Assembly: GCA_964016885.1 (NCBI GenBank)
Contig: OZ024740.1
Coordinates: 372,620,001-372,684,000 of the forward strand
Source of the DNA: Eledone cirrhosa
Lineage: Eukaryota
Direction: 5' to 3'
Length of the DNA stretch: 64,000 nucleotides
Shown here: in pieces, positions 16,277 to 29,779 of the stretch
How positions within the stretch are numbered: position 1 is the stretch's first letter
Layout of the letters: each line of letters begins with the position of its first letter
Made by a program: the position numbers and the translations under genes
The notes under the pieces: generated by a model
The model's database searches: none
The model's input: only the letters and a program-made list of their open reading frames with translations
Told to the model about the DNA's origin: nothing

Positions 16277-16815
16277 GAAAGGATTACAAAGGAGAATATA
16301 TACTGTTAGAACATGTTTATATAAAAGCAGCTACGTACATTTCGCCCGAAGAGGGCTTCTCAAGGGCATAGAAAACTAAACAGTGTTCAGTACAGGACCC
16401 AGAAGAGGTTTTAAAGTGATAAATATATCAAAGTTCATTCTTAGTTCAAACATAGACGTTGTTATTGTCACAGAGCAATGGTAGTAAGAATGAACTTTGA
16501 TATATTTATCACTTTAAAACCCCTTCTGGGTCCTGTACTGAACACTCTTTAGTTTTCTATGCCCTTGAGAAGCCCTTTTCGGGCGAAACGTACGTAGGTG
16601 CGTCTATAGATACATGTTCTAACAGTATATATTCTCCTTTGTAATCCTTTCATTTGTAAACGCTCTGCTTATTTTCTCGCCCGCTAAATATTAACGCTTC
16701 CAATATTTAACCCTGTAGGTACAATATTGAGCACAAATGCACAGCCTTTTGGCAACTAACTATATGTATCGCTTATCCCTTTAAAACTCTTCTTCTCTCT
16801 CACGATACATAAATA
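16273..16815. mobile_element. ORF-less inverted pseudo-LTR element with an HHR in each arm
   Basis: Arms 16273-16443 and 16484-16655 are inverted repeats around a spacer of about 40 nt. The right arm continues as a tail, and (TA)n lies on both sides. Confidence 0.88.
16561..16601 (+). ncRNA. Minimal type I hammerhead ribozyme, U3-A8 core variant (mirror copy 16327-16367, minus)
   Basis: GCCC-TTGAGAA-GCCC ttttc GGGC-GAAA-CGTACG-TA-GGTGC, with a palindromic stem III. Confidence 0.75.
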
Positions 16816-16819
16816 TTTA

Positions 16820-17055
<236 letters not shown>

Positions 17056-17093
17056 TATATAAATATATATATAAATATATATAAATATATTTA

Positions 17094-18930
17094 TATAAAC
17101 GTTTGTATTTGTAAAGCCAAAACAATGCAGGTATGGACATAGAATATAAATGCAAATGCAAAAGATATTGTTGACAATTAGTCTTTTACCATAAATTTAT
17201 TTAAATGTCCTTAATTTTCGAGATAATATCTCTCCATAGGAGGGAAGTAAACCGGTTAAACCAGTGTTCTAAATAGCTTGCCAAGTAATGCTGACAGGAA
17301 ATGGTATAGAGTATCTGTTCTATATCTAATGTGAAAGAGTGAAGTTTAGGTGGATAAAGAGTAGTCTCCCTTTAAAAGGGGCTTTGTACATGTATGTTTA
17401 AGTGTGTGGGAGAATACCTGAAGGTGTAAGTATGTGTGTGTGTGTGTCAGTGTGAGAATATATGTTTATACGTAAATGTGGGGATAGATGCTCTCTCGTG
17501 TTTAAAGTGGTCTTTGTGTGTGTATGTGTGGGTGTGAGAGAGAATAACTGGAGGTGTGAGCGCGTGTGTGTGTGCGTGCGTGTGTGTGAGAGTGGGGTGT
17601 GTGTGTAAGTATGGAGATAGATGCTCTATCAAGTTATAAATTGGGTGTTGAGTTCTCGTCTATTATTGATTGGTGGTTGTGATTTGTCTATAATCAGAGC
17701 TTCCTTAATTCTAAGATTGTCCAGGTTTCTTTCCTTAGTTTCTATCCTAACTGTTATGGTTTTGTCGGTGTTTTTGCATTTCACTAGGTATTTCTTAAAT
17801 TAGGAAGCATTAGTATTGAGGTGTTCTTTTATTCTTATGTGAAGTGGACTGGTGGTGCTACCTACGTAGAAGTTGCTGCATTTGTCGCACTCTAATCTGT
17901 ATACGACGTAAGCCTGGTGGCATAGGTCTGTGTCGTTGATGAGGCAGTTGGCTAGCCTGCAGCGGCTGTCATGTCTGGTGGAGTGTTTTATGGTTAGCTG
18001 TCCGCGTAGAGAAGGTCCTGAGTGGGCTAGTTGGATATCTAGTCCCTCTCGTCTGATAGCTCTGCGAATGGCTGTTGTTGTTTCGTCACTGAAGTGTGGG
18101 AGCTTCAGGAAGCAAGTGTTAGTGCCTCGGGTGTGGTGTCCTCTGTTCTTTCTGGCACGGTTTGTGGTGGATGTCGGGTATCCATTCAGTTTGAGTACTT
18201 CCAGGAAATGTGTGGTGTGTGTGTCTCGGTCTCTAGTGTCGGTGCATTTGTTCCGGATACGTGTCAGTTCGTCCCTTATGTATCCGAATTTAGCGTCGGC
18301 TGGGAGGGCCGATCTGAAATGTACGAACAGGTCCCTGCTGGCGTCTTTTTTATAGAAGCAGGTGTGGATGTTGCCTTCCTCTGTTACCCTGAATTTTAAG
18401 TCCAGTAGGGATAGGGATCCGCGGTCATCGGCGTGTTCCATGCTGAACTTTATACTGGCGTCCATGCTGGAGAATGTCGTGTATATTTTATCCGCCTCCT
18501 CGCAGGATGATGTAAGGATGAGTATGTCATCTACATATCGGGTGAAGAAGGTGTGGGAATGGCATGGTGTTGAGGGCTCGGCATTCTAGCTGGTTCATAT
18601 AGGTGATGGCCAGCAGGCCCAATAGGCTGGATACCATGGGTAAGAAATCTTTATCATTAGAGATAGAACAGATACTCTATACCATTTCCTGTCAGCATGT
18701 CTTGGCAAGCTATTTAGAACACTGGTTTAACCGCTTTACTTCCCTCCGAAGAAGAGATATTATCTCGAAAATTGAGGACATTTAAATAAATTTAAGGTAA
18801 AAGACTAATTGTCAACAATATCTTTTGTATTTGCATTTATATTCTATGTCCATACCTGCATTGTTTTGGCTTTACGAATACAAACGTTTATACCTTATTA
18901 TACAATGCTTCAAGAGAACTATAACTTCCT

Positions 18931-18945
<15 letters not shown>
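17094..18945 (-). mobile_element. 5'-truncated Penelope-like element with inverted pseudo-LTR
   Basis: Minus strand has RYVDD near 18525-18540 and ORF 17800-18465 with LSLLDL, VVYRLECDKC..FYVGST..RIKEH (GIY-YIG). 17094-17331 is an inverted copy of 18655-18892. A degenerate HHR lies at 18743-18777. Flanked by (TA)n. Confidence 0.93.
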
Positions 18946-18962
<17 letters not shown>

Positions 18963-18964
<2 letters not shown>

Positions 18965-19468
18965 TGTTATACTTGGGGAGGGTCATATTGTTGTAATAAT
19001 ATTGTTAGAAATAATATCAGAACACACTCACTGTTTGGTTGGTTTTCGCTTCTGTATCTTTTATATCTCCACAGCTAATTCATTTGGTCCTCAATGTCTA
19101 TCATTGACTGACCAACGGTAAACAATGCAGATATAATATAGATATAAACACATATATAGTCTAACAAAGTTCTTTCGTTGCACATCTGCAACATCATCAG
19201 TGGTACTATTATGTTAAACGTGCAACGAAAAAATGTTGTTAGACTATATATATGTGTCTATATCTATATTATATCTGTATTTTTGACCATTGGTCAGTCA
19301 ATGATAAACATTGAGGACCAAATGAATTAACTGTGGAGATATAAAAGATACAGAAGCGAAAACCAACTAAACGGTGAGTGTGTTCTGTTACTATTTCTGG
19401 CAATATTATTACAACAATATTACCCTCCCTAAGTATAACGATTTCATATCAAAAACGTCCCAAGACAA

Positions 19469-19470
<2 letters not shown>
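18963..19470. mobile_element. ORF-less inverted pseudo-LTR pair related to the PLE at 36017-39461
   Basis: 18963-19180 is inverted relative to 19220-19440, and both align with 36017-36270 and 39210-39461. Contains an HHR at 19157-19208 (minus): TAGTACCA-CTGATGA-TGTTGC agatgt GCAAC-GAAA-GAAC-TT. Confidence 0.88.
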
Positions 19471-19560
<90 letters not shown>

Positions 19561-19561
19561 G

Positions 19562-19606
<45 letters not shown>

Positions 19607-20798
19607 TAGATGTAAGATAATAAACTAGAGTGGAATATGTAAAACCGTCTCTCCTTACTTAATATTGAAACTCTTTTATGGATACCTATGACGTGGAGTG
19701 CGTATACTTCATTATACCATAGTTATTTGATTGCTTAGATCAAGCAAGGGGGATTATTACACTGCATCGCACACACATACACTTATTTACTTATATTACA
19801 TACTATATGTATGTAGGTAGGTGTATGTGTATATGATTATCTCTCAATCTATATACATATATATCTATAAACACACGCATACATACACCGCACACATACA
19901 TACACACATACACCCACACACATACACACATACGCGCGCGCGCACACACACACTCGCACATACAATGCGTAAGGAATAAATATTTAGTTTTCGAAATTGT
20001 TTGTTACGTTGCAAAATCAGCAGAATTATTGCACCGCATATAAGCACATTTTATTTTCTATATACTGCTATCATTTAAAGCAAGTAAAATGAAACTATAG
20101 GTACAAAATTTACCTATAGTAAAACATTACAGATATTTGTTTCATTACAATAAATATATATGTAAATTAGACAAACTGTTTGCAGCGCATCGTTTTATTT
20201 CTTTTAAAACCACCTAGTTTAGAAATAGCTCCAATTATACTAGATGCATGCATATTGAACAACAACATATACTACATAGATTCACATTCGCTGTAATATC
20301 AGTGATAAAAAATGTCCTTGACACAAGTTATAGATAGTATCCTAAACATTTGTACAAACTTTCGATTGCTGGATATATTTTGAATAAATGAAACCATGCA
20401 GTAACTACTAATTTTCTACTTTTATGTTTATAGAAAGTAGTCAACCGTCCAATTTTCGAATATGGGGATTGTTTTTTAAGCAAATAATAAAATATATTCG
20501 ACTATAGAAAAATCAATATTTAATCGTTAAAAAATTGAAAATATTTTAGATTTAATATATATTTGAAAACCATCAATGCACCCTGTCGTCATGCAAAGGA
20601 AATAATAATTACATTTCATTATGTTTTCATTAGGTCTGTCACAGCAATTTCAATTATTGTAAACATCACGTAAACAAAATTTTTATGGCAATATAACGTA
20701 AAATATTCCTTTTTCTATATACAATAAACAAGAGCGAAATTCTTAATTTGTGAAAATCTTGTTTGATAGATTTCAATTACCTTCACACAAGCATTAGC

Positions 20799-20857
<59 letters not shown>

Positions 20858-20860
<3 letters not shown>

Positions 20861-22630
20861 CAAAGGAATTGTGGTAAGGAACCAGATGGACCATAAGGCA
20901 TAAGAGTACTCAATACTTAGGGGAGTAGAGCTGGAAATAGGAAAAAGTAAGACCCCGACGGCAGAGCTCAAGCCGTTTCGACGGCTATTTCTGGACTAAA
21001 TTAGAATTTTTAGCCTGGTGAATAAATAGCCGAATTTTTCAAGGGGTTACTTCCTTATATGGGAAGATGGTAGTTGTCAAGAGGATTGGTTAAAATGTGT
21101 TGTAAACACAAATAAGTCTATCATGGCATTTGGTGGGAGGTAGGGGTGGCTGAACTTGCCTGTAGAACAATAGGAGTGTGAGTGGAGCGGACAGGCGTTG
21201 AAAGTGATATGTATACTGCAGATTCTAAGGGGATGGTGTATGAAGTGGGGGTGGGAGGTTATAGAATAGGTAAATCGAATGAGAGTAGGAGACAATAAAA
21301 GATACTAGAAATAAATAAATATATATATAAAATTAGATAGTGAGAAATGAATAAAAAAAATCACAATACTATCTTACAATTACAGGTTAATAAGCTGAGA
21401 ATAGAAAAAAATTGTAGAAAAAAATACAAAACTGATACAAAATTAAAGGGGTTTAACACATCTGCTATAAGTAGTTAGTAAAACGTATTAGGCAAATTCT
21501 ATCTTAAAATTACAGGGGTGGGGGAACTAATGCTACCGAGGCCAGATGAGCCGCATCGGGTAGGCGAAAGGGGAAAAGCAGACGAAGAAGAAAATATGGG
21601 GTGGAAGGAAGTGATAGGACGGGACAGGGGGAAGAAGAAGATAAAGAGGAAAATAAAAGAGATGCAATTACCTATGTAAGCTGGGCTTTCACCTAACTTA
21701 TTCGGCAGGGGGGATCAGCTCTTGTCTACCCACCCTGGTCATTATGGGGTTTGAGGGCGAGTTAAGTCCTACGCAATCTGTGTTTGCATGCGGTTACCAG
21801 TTCGTCTTTCTTGTTTAGAAGTTGGTACTTCGAAAACAGCATTTGTAAATGTTTCCTCCGGGCATAAGTTACACGGACGCCGTCCTCCCGTGTAAGAATT
21901 AGCTCTAGACAGTAAGTTCCACGTGAGATTGTAGGTTATATTATTATCTTGGAGGTCCCAGATGTGGCCCGAAAGTATAGTGGCGTGTCGCCAGACCGGT
22001 TTTCCGAAAGTATGTCGGTGTTGGTAGAGCCGGGTCTTGAAGTCACACGCGGTTAATCCTATATAAGTTTTGTTGGAGATGTCCATCCTCAAGTTTCACT
22101 GGTAGATCACGTTACGTTCTCGGCATTTGTTGTTGAGGGGTCACGTAGATCTATCAAGGCAGTTACACCTCCTGGTCGGCTCTCCACTGATGTATAGGTT
22201 ATTTATTCCATAGGGATTGAGTTTTTGTTGTTTGAGGAGACGATGTTTTGTGCGAAGTTAGGTGTGGTGCTGTAGGAGAGTTTGATGGTGTTTTTGTTGA
22301 ATATGTTGTGGTAGCGGTGTTGTAGTGGGAAGTAATTTTCGAGGAGTCTAAAGAAGATTTTCCCGATAGGTGTTGCCACCTCGGCATTGTGGGAGGATTG
22401 AACCACGTTACGTTGCGTGAGCGGCGGTGTCGCCTGCTCGTTCCGCTAAGGGAAGCTGGATAAAAGGATAGTTCCTCCCGGAAGCCACTCCACTTGAGAG
22501 CCTGGTTTTAATGAGGTGCGTGTTCGTCGTATATCTGCTCATTAGCGGACAAATGAGATATGAGGAGGGAGATGTTTTTAACCAGGTTATTGGTGTTGTT
22601 TCTAGGATGGTTAGAGCGGTGGTGGATGTA
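20858..22630 (-). mobile_element. Decayed 5'-truncated C-terminal-EN Penelope-like element (Hydra-clade-like) with 3' pseudo-LTR
   Basis: Fragments IGKIFFRLLENYFP..HNIFNKNTIKLSYS, CNCxxxxx*PLNNKC..NVIYQ*, YIGLT..FKTRLYQH, LSGHIWDL, CNLCPEE and LNKKDELVTACKH are separated by frameshifts. HHR at the 3' end. The clade assignment is inference from these motifs. Confidence 0.9.
20952..21047 (-). ncRNA. Type I hammerhead ribozyme, U3-A8 core variant, GUC site
   Basis: ACCCC-TTGAAAA-..GGCTATTT..AAATAGCC..-GAAA-CGGC ttgagctct GCCG-TC-GGGGT. A second copy lies at 54786-54881. Confidence 0.8.
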
Positions 22631-22893
22631 GTGCAGGTTGTCGTTGTATGTATATATATAAATACACACACACACATATATATAAATGCATGCATATATT
22701 GCATGTTCACTATTATATGATTTTGAATACATACATATATATATATAATGTAGGAGGTGAGAAGTGCGCATAATAAAATATATGGAACTCCTTTAACCAT
22801 CTTTTGATCTTATATTATACATATATATATATATATATACATATATATACACATATACATATATGTATATATATATATATATGTATATATATA

Positions 22894-22970
<77 letters not shown>

Positions 22971-22984
22971 GATATATAGGTATT

Positions 22985-23026
<42 letters not shown>

Positions 23027-23041
23027 CACACACACATGTAC

Positions 23042-23105
<64 letters not shown>

Positions 23106-23118
23106 TATATATATATAA

Positions 23119-23167
<49 letters not shown>

Positions 23168-23195
23168 CATATATATACACATATACATATATATA

Positions 23196-23269
<74 letters not shown>

Positions 23270-23282
23270 TACACACACACAC

Positions 23283-23346
<64 letters not shown>

Positions 23347-23437
23347 GCGGTGGGTGCATCCCGGGTTCAATCAGGGGCTAATCACGGTAAGAAAAGTACT
23401 CAATACGTAGCAGAGGATACATTATTAATATAGAAAT

Positions 23438-23488
23438 GGTTTCTACAGGACTAGATCTGTTTCATTCGAAGGAAATCATCAGGAAACC
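23438..23488 (-). ncRNA. Type I hammerhead ribozyme, canonical core, GUA site
   Basis: GGTTTC-CTGATGA-tTTC cttc GAAt-GAAA-CAG atctagtc CTG-TA-GAAACC. Related copies lie at 26031-26093, 32163-32211, 32291-32336 and 11309-11347. Confidence 0.85.
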
Positions 23489-23505
23489 CTAACCCTAACC
23501 CTAAC
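23485..23505. repeat. Short interstitial telomeric tract (AACCCT)3.5
   Basis: aaccctaaccctaaccctaac abuts HHR stem I. Confidence 0.8.
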
Positions 23506-23605
23506 TTTACTGAAATCAAGGTACATAAGATGAGTATTAGAGCGCTCTCTCAAAGCTCTCGAAATGTCATATATATACATATAAAAAACGTACAAAAAAA
23601 TAAAT

Positions 23606-23796
23606 AATTGTTTCTATTTTCGGCACAAGGCCAGCAATTACGCAGTGCATTACTGGTACTTTATTTTATCGACCCCGTAAGGATGAAAGGCAAAGTTAAC
23701 CTCGGTGGCATTTGAACTCAGATCGTAAAGGGACGTAAAAATGCTGGAAAGCATGGCGTCCAACCCTCTACTGATTACTGATACAGCCAATCCACC
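23606..23796 (-). mobile_element. SINE family A, full length, with target-site duplication
   Basis: Reverse complement of family A. GTACAAAAAAATAAATAAT occurs on both sides (about 23590 and 23797). Confidence 0.92.
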
Positions 23797-23829
23797 GTAC
23801 AAAAAAATAAATAATGTAATTGAAATATA

Positions 23830-24029
<200 letters not shown>

Positions 24030-24084
24030 GTGAGGTTTTTTTTACAAAATGAAAAATAACTGAGGTGTTCTACACGAGTGAAAG

Positions 24085-24440
24085 TATAAAGAAAAAAAAA
24101 TGAAATCGAAAAATGCAACTGGAGTCTTATTTAAAAAAAATATATATATATATATATTTATTTGGTTCCTTTATCGGTTTCGCAGTTCTTCTGCTTTTCA
24201 AAAGGTGAGTTGAGATGGAGGGTCTGTGGTTTTTCTCACATCTGATTGGTCTCTGAATGTTACTTGTTTTATATGGAAAAAGTGGCTCGAAATGCCAGGT
24301 TTTTCGAGAAGTAATTTGATTGGTTTGTCAATAATTATAATACATTTCGCGCCAGTTCGCGTTACAATAGTTCTTCAAATAAGAGGGGGGGGGGGGGTGT
24401 TGTCACAGGTTGTTTTTTTCATATATGAGTGTTTGAATTT
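24085..24440 (-). mobile_element. Dispersed ORF-less repeat (PLE-end-like); second copy at 44216-44560 (plus)
   Basis: About 340 bp of near-identity in opposite orientation, and both copies sit in (TA)n. Contains a weak HHR-like TTGAAGA...GCGC-GAAA motif. Confidence 0.85.
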
Positions 24441-24875
24441 CTTTTTACTTGAAAAAAGGGGCTCACGAAGGCTTTTTTTTGGTTGGTTTATATATATATA
24501 AAAAGATGAGAAGAAAGAAGAATACTGCGTGGTTGCACGTGGGTTACATATGATAACATTTGTCCCTCGTCAGTGATTTGCCAACGATCATTGATATTTC
24601 ATCGCATTATATATATATATATATATATATATGTATACACACACACATATATATACATATACATATATATATTTATATATATATATGTATACAAACATAT
24701 GTATACAAGATATATATATATACGCGCACATAAGCCGAAACAAATACACACGCACACATTTATTATTCCAGTTCCTCAGAGGAATAACATCACAACCAGG
24801 AGCTGGACATATCGATATATTGACGGAGTAAAATACACTTCAACATGTGTACTTGTCTTTCCCACACCAATTCGG

Positions 24876-24930
24876 ACTGCCTGAAGATGTCACAGCCAAT
24901 GATGGCTGTCACCGAAATATATATAGCAGT
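24876..24930 (+). ncRNA. Type I hammerhead ribozyme, canonical core
   Basis: ACTGC-CTGAAGA-tgtcACAGCCA atga TGGCTGTcacc-GAAA-TATATA-TA-GCAGT, with perfect stem I and palindromic stem III. Confidence 0.85.
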
Positions 24931-24991
24931 ATATCTATAATTTATTCATAATATACAAAGTCGCATTTTACGTATTTGACTTAATTATTTC

Positions 24992-25090
<99 letters not shown>

Positions 25091-25295
25091 AGTAGTATCA
25101 CAACAGTTAGTTCAGCTCGGTCTGAGTGTGGTTGTACAACCACACTCAGACCGAGCTGAAGATCCGCAAGATGAACATTTGTTCTCGATATGGTGAACTA
25201 ACTGTTCTGATACTACTTCTACCAAACTCGGCCCATTGACTGAGTGCTCTACTACTACTAGTACTAAGGATATAACCCTCCAGCGTCCTACTATT
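25091..25295 (+). mobile_element. Short PLE-end insertion with degenerate HHR and a perfect 50-bp palindrome; related to 47835-48055
   Basis: 25111-25160 is a perfect palindrome, overlapping CGAG-CTGAAGA-..-GAAc ATTTG-TT-CTCG. TATGGTGAACTAACTGTT is shared with 48022-48040. Confidence 0.75.
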
Positions 25296-25317
25296 ATATA
25301 TGTATTTATATATATTA

Positions 25318-25401
<84 letters not shown>

Positions 25402-25517
25402 ATATATATATATTTACATATATGTGTGTGTGTATGTATATATATATATAATATATATATTATTATTTTTATTACTATATATATATTTATATATGTGTGT
25501 GTATGTGTGTGTGTATG

Positions 25518-25548
<31 letters not shown>

Positions 25549-26132
25549 TCAGATGCACACACACACACACATATATATATAGTATATATATATATATATT
25601 ATACGCATAAGACATATACATATGAACGCTTATATATACATACACGTATGCGTACATATATACCCATAAAATACACACTCATGCATAATAAATATATATA
25701 TCTACAACAAAACATACACATAACATACAGACATGAATATGAATATACAAGTTCCAATGCATGCATATAACTTCTAAATTAAATCTCTCACCCCCACACC
25801 GAGTCTTCCACTATTCAGACTGTGTCTTCTCTTAGAAGCTTAGTTATGGTCCGATGAACCTTTTATAAACAGGCGATTCTCCAGACTCAAAGACTCACTA
25901 TGTAACGTTAATAAAATGAATATTAAAATTCTAATTTGGCATTGAGTAATCTTTTCTTTCAGCCGTGAACATACGGATATACATACTTATATATGTGCTC
26001 CGGGTTAAATCGGGGGTAACCACAGTAAAGGATTTCCTGATGATGATTTCCTTCGAATGAAACAGTTCTAATTCGGTAGAAGCTCTTTCTGTATTAAATT
26101 TGTTATATATATATATACGTGTGTGTGTGTGT

Positions 26133-26253
<121 letters not shown>

Positions 26254-28185
26254 AGTGGCTATGAAGCAATTTATGTATATATGTCTGGTATATTTGTAAG
26301 AGCGTCGTTTATGAAGCTTATGTGTAAAATAATTCCAGTTGGCAACATCAATGCAGATATAATTATCACAAACTATTTAATAAGGTAAATTGTTCAACTT
26401 TGTGAATTCTACCTCACGGATATAGAGGAAATCGTTATATTATCGATTCAATGTCACACAGTGGTGGAGGAGTGGCTGGCATAATATAATACCGGGCTTG
26501 TTATCTTGAAGTACTCATTAAAGTCCACTTACATTCGAAGAATAAATTGTGACTGTCGATTTTAGCTTTTATCATTTCAGAGTCGATAGAATAACAGCTA
26601 CTTAAGTAACCGAATCGACTATATCACTCTTCTATAATTCAGGGGCGCTCTGTCGATTTGAAGGCAAACATGATTCCATGTAGTTCCAAATCGATGTGTA
26701 TCCTCAGTTACTGGAAACAATATACAATTAATAACTACTGTTGTTCAGTCACATGGCAAACCCCATCAAGCAGACCTATGATAAATGTGCTCAAACCGTG
26801 GCCATGCCATATTATTTCAGGGAATGCATTCAGGAATACTTTATAAAATCTGTCGTTATTTATCTATTTAACATTTGAAAGATGATAGAGATTTTGTAGC
26901 TGCTTCTAACAAATTGAACAGCCGTATAACGATGGGTTGTAGTCGCTAGTACTCATTATAACTTTTTCCATATATCTGCTTTATTTTATAAATATATTTT
27001 AGAGTATATCCTCCTTGTGGCCCAGGTAAAATAGAATATATCACTTCTTTCATATTTTTGAATACTGTTGCTACGTTGAAATATATTCTCAACTAATACA
27101 AACACCTTGCTACCTCAGCCATGTAAAATAATATTGTTGCAGTGTTAACAATTACTGTGAGATCTATATTATGGAGCAATAATTGAAACAAGTATAATAT
27201 CATATTTATGAATTCAACATCCTTTGACCCATAGACTCATAGACGAAATGTGTATTAAGTGGATGTTAACTACTTGAAGTCATATTTGAACAAATGTATT
27301 GCATTCACATTGCTAAGGGGTTTATAGAGACAGCTGGATAAATATACATTGAACGTAGTGCAGCATATATCACATTATCATATCATATTCATTCCGGAAC
27401 CAAAGTTTGGATGTCTGAAATCATAAGAAATTGGTCTGAAACATAATACCATTCACTTATTTACCTTTAATATTTATAATGCTTTTCCTAATATCTTTAA
27501 TAAGACCATTATCTTAATCCATATTTGTTTCGGTGCTTATTTGACAAATAGTTTGCTATGTATTAATTAAGTTTGAGGCATATCATTCGTGTCCTTGGAT
27601 AATATATTGCCTTGTTGTAAACTCATATTAGTTTTATAATTTAGATTCGAGTTATTTGGCTACCTTTAGAATTCATGATGTCTGACATGCATATTGTCAG
27701 GAATAACAATATATGTAGGATTCCATGAACTGATTCCGACAAACGAAGATCACCACTATACAGGATACTATATTCCTTATGTAAGCCACACATATAGTTA
27801 CTGGTTATTACTTAATTAGAACAAATAACAGATGTGGTACTATACATGTCGTAAACACCATAGACACGTTAGCAAATACTCCCCACCCCAGATACGCACT
27901 ACTCCAACAGGCTCACGGGTATCGTCATTTTTCTGTCTCTGCTTCTGCTACCCTCATAACATTGAACCGTCTGCACGAGGATTTTTCGTATCCTCTCCAA
28001 ACAACACCAACCGAATCGCCTGTCTTTGTTCCACCTGTCACTTTTCTAGGTGTCTAATCGCCCGAATCAAGCACTATATATTGAAATCGTCGGAACTCTA
28101 GATGGCATTTAGAAGTTTATACTAAACATCAAAGACCACATTTATCTGTGAGAATCTGCAAAGGTCTTGGCAGGTCTTCTCAACT

Positions 28186-28309
<124 letters not shown>

Positions 28310-29197
28310 CTAAACTTTCACAAACTACTGTTATCTAAAGCTATGTGAATCTGTGTCTGTACAAAATATTCTGAGTCTCAAAATTTAAGTTCAATAGTTC
28401 ACTTGAATATACATCTAATACCAACTCACTGACAACTTTTGATAACATTTTATATATGTCATCTGATATTCTGAGAGAAATTGCATCGATCTGATCGTAT
28501 TAAACGTAGCAAAAATGTCAGAAATAAAGACAAGATAGATAATGTTTCTTGTAACTATATATTTCTTGCAGTTGATTTATATAAGACGAAGTAAAAAAAG
28601 TCGGCATATATGTTCTATTATGTAATGCTTCATGATTTATATTACTAAGGTCACTAGCAAATAATCTCAATTTTATATTTCCTAACTCTCAAATCAATAT
28701 ATTATAAACACTAGTGAGATACCATGATTAGTTTTTTTCTTTCACTGAAAATATGATTACATTTGTTAGGGGGAGTCGGATCAATCCGACACGAGGATCG
28801 CATTTTATCACACGACGAATGTGTGCAAATTAACAGCATGCTCGCTGGTAACACGAATGATTCAGTCAAACAGTTGAAATCAGGTGCTGTAAGGACGTCA
28901 TAGAGTAGTGTCATAGACAGCCTGGAATGGTGAAATACATGGCTCTTTTCCTAATTCTCTTAAGCTGTACAGTTTCGCGTTTTCAATGCTTTAAAATATA
29001 TTTGCCGATAACTGATCGACCGTATGAATCGGCATTTACATCGTTGACTAGGAATGTGAGTTAAATCATTGCATCAGAAGCATAGAGACGTCACCCAGTT
29101 GGCACAAGAATCTACAGAGTGAAATACAAATTTGCTCTGATACAGATATAATTCGATTATATTTTCTCGGTCTCTGCCTGTACATACACATATACAC

Positions 29198-29258
<61 letters not shown>

Positions 29259-29405
29259 GGGGGGGGGAGACGCGTGTGTGTGTGTTGGTGTGTGTGTGTA
29301 TTCATCATTACTAAGGCTCAAAAGAGAGTTTTGTTAATCTGGTGTTTCGCCTGTTTACCAGAGGGTCATCAGATAAGAACTAACGTTTCCATAGCAGACA
29401 CAGTA

Positions 29406-29778
29406 TAAATAATTGTTTTTACTTTTGGCACAAGGCCAGAAATTATCCCAGTGCATTACTTTTACTTTATTTTATCGACCCCGTAAGGATGAAAGGCAAA
29501 ATTAACCTCGCGGGATTAGAAGTCAGACCGTAACTCTATGCTGCAAAGCATGGCGTGCGACTCTATACCGATACTGCCAATCCACCGCACAGTATAAATA
29601 ATTGTTTCTACTTTTGGCACAAGGCCAGCAATTATTCCAGTGTATTATTGTTACTTTATTTTATCGATCCCGTAATGATGAAAGGCAAAGTTAACCTCAG
29701 CTAGATTTGAACTCAGATCAGAAAGGGATGTAACTATACTGGAAAACATGGTGCCTGACCCTTTATTTATACTGCCAA
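29406..29778 (-). mobile_element. Two tandem SINE family A copies
   Basis: Two reverse-complement copies. CACAGTATAAATAAT flanks the first copy on both sides. Confidence 0.9.
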
Positions 29779-29779
29779 T

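Noticed and set aside
21075-21128. Second SECIS candidate (minus ATGA..AA..TGA, also near 54910-54957)
   Set aside because: Helix II pairs poorly in both copies.
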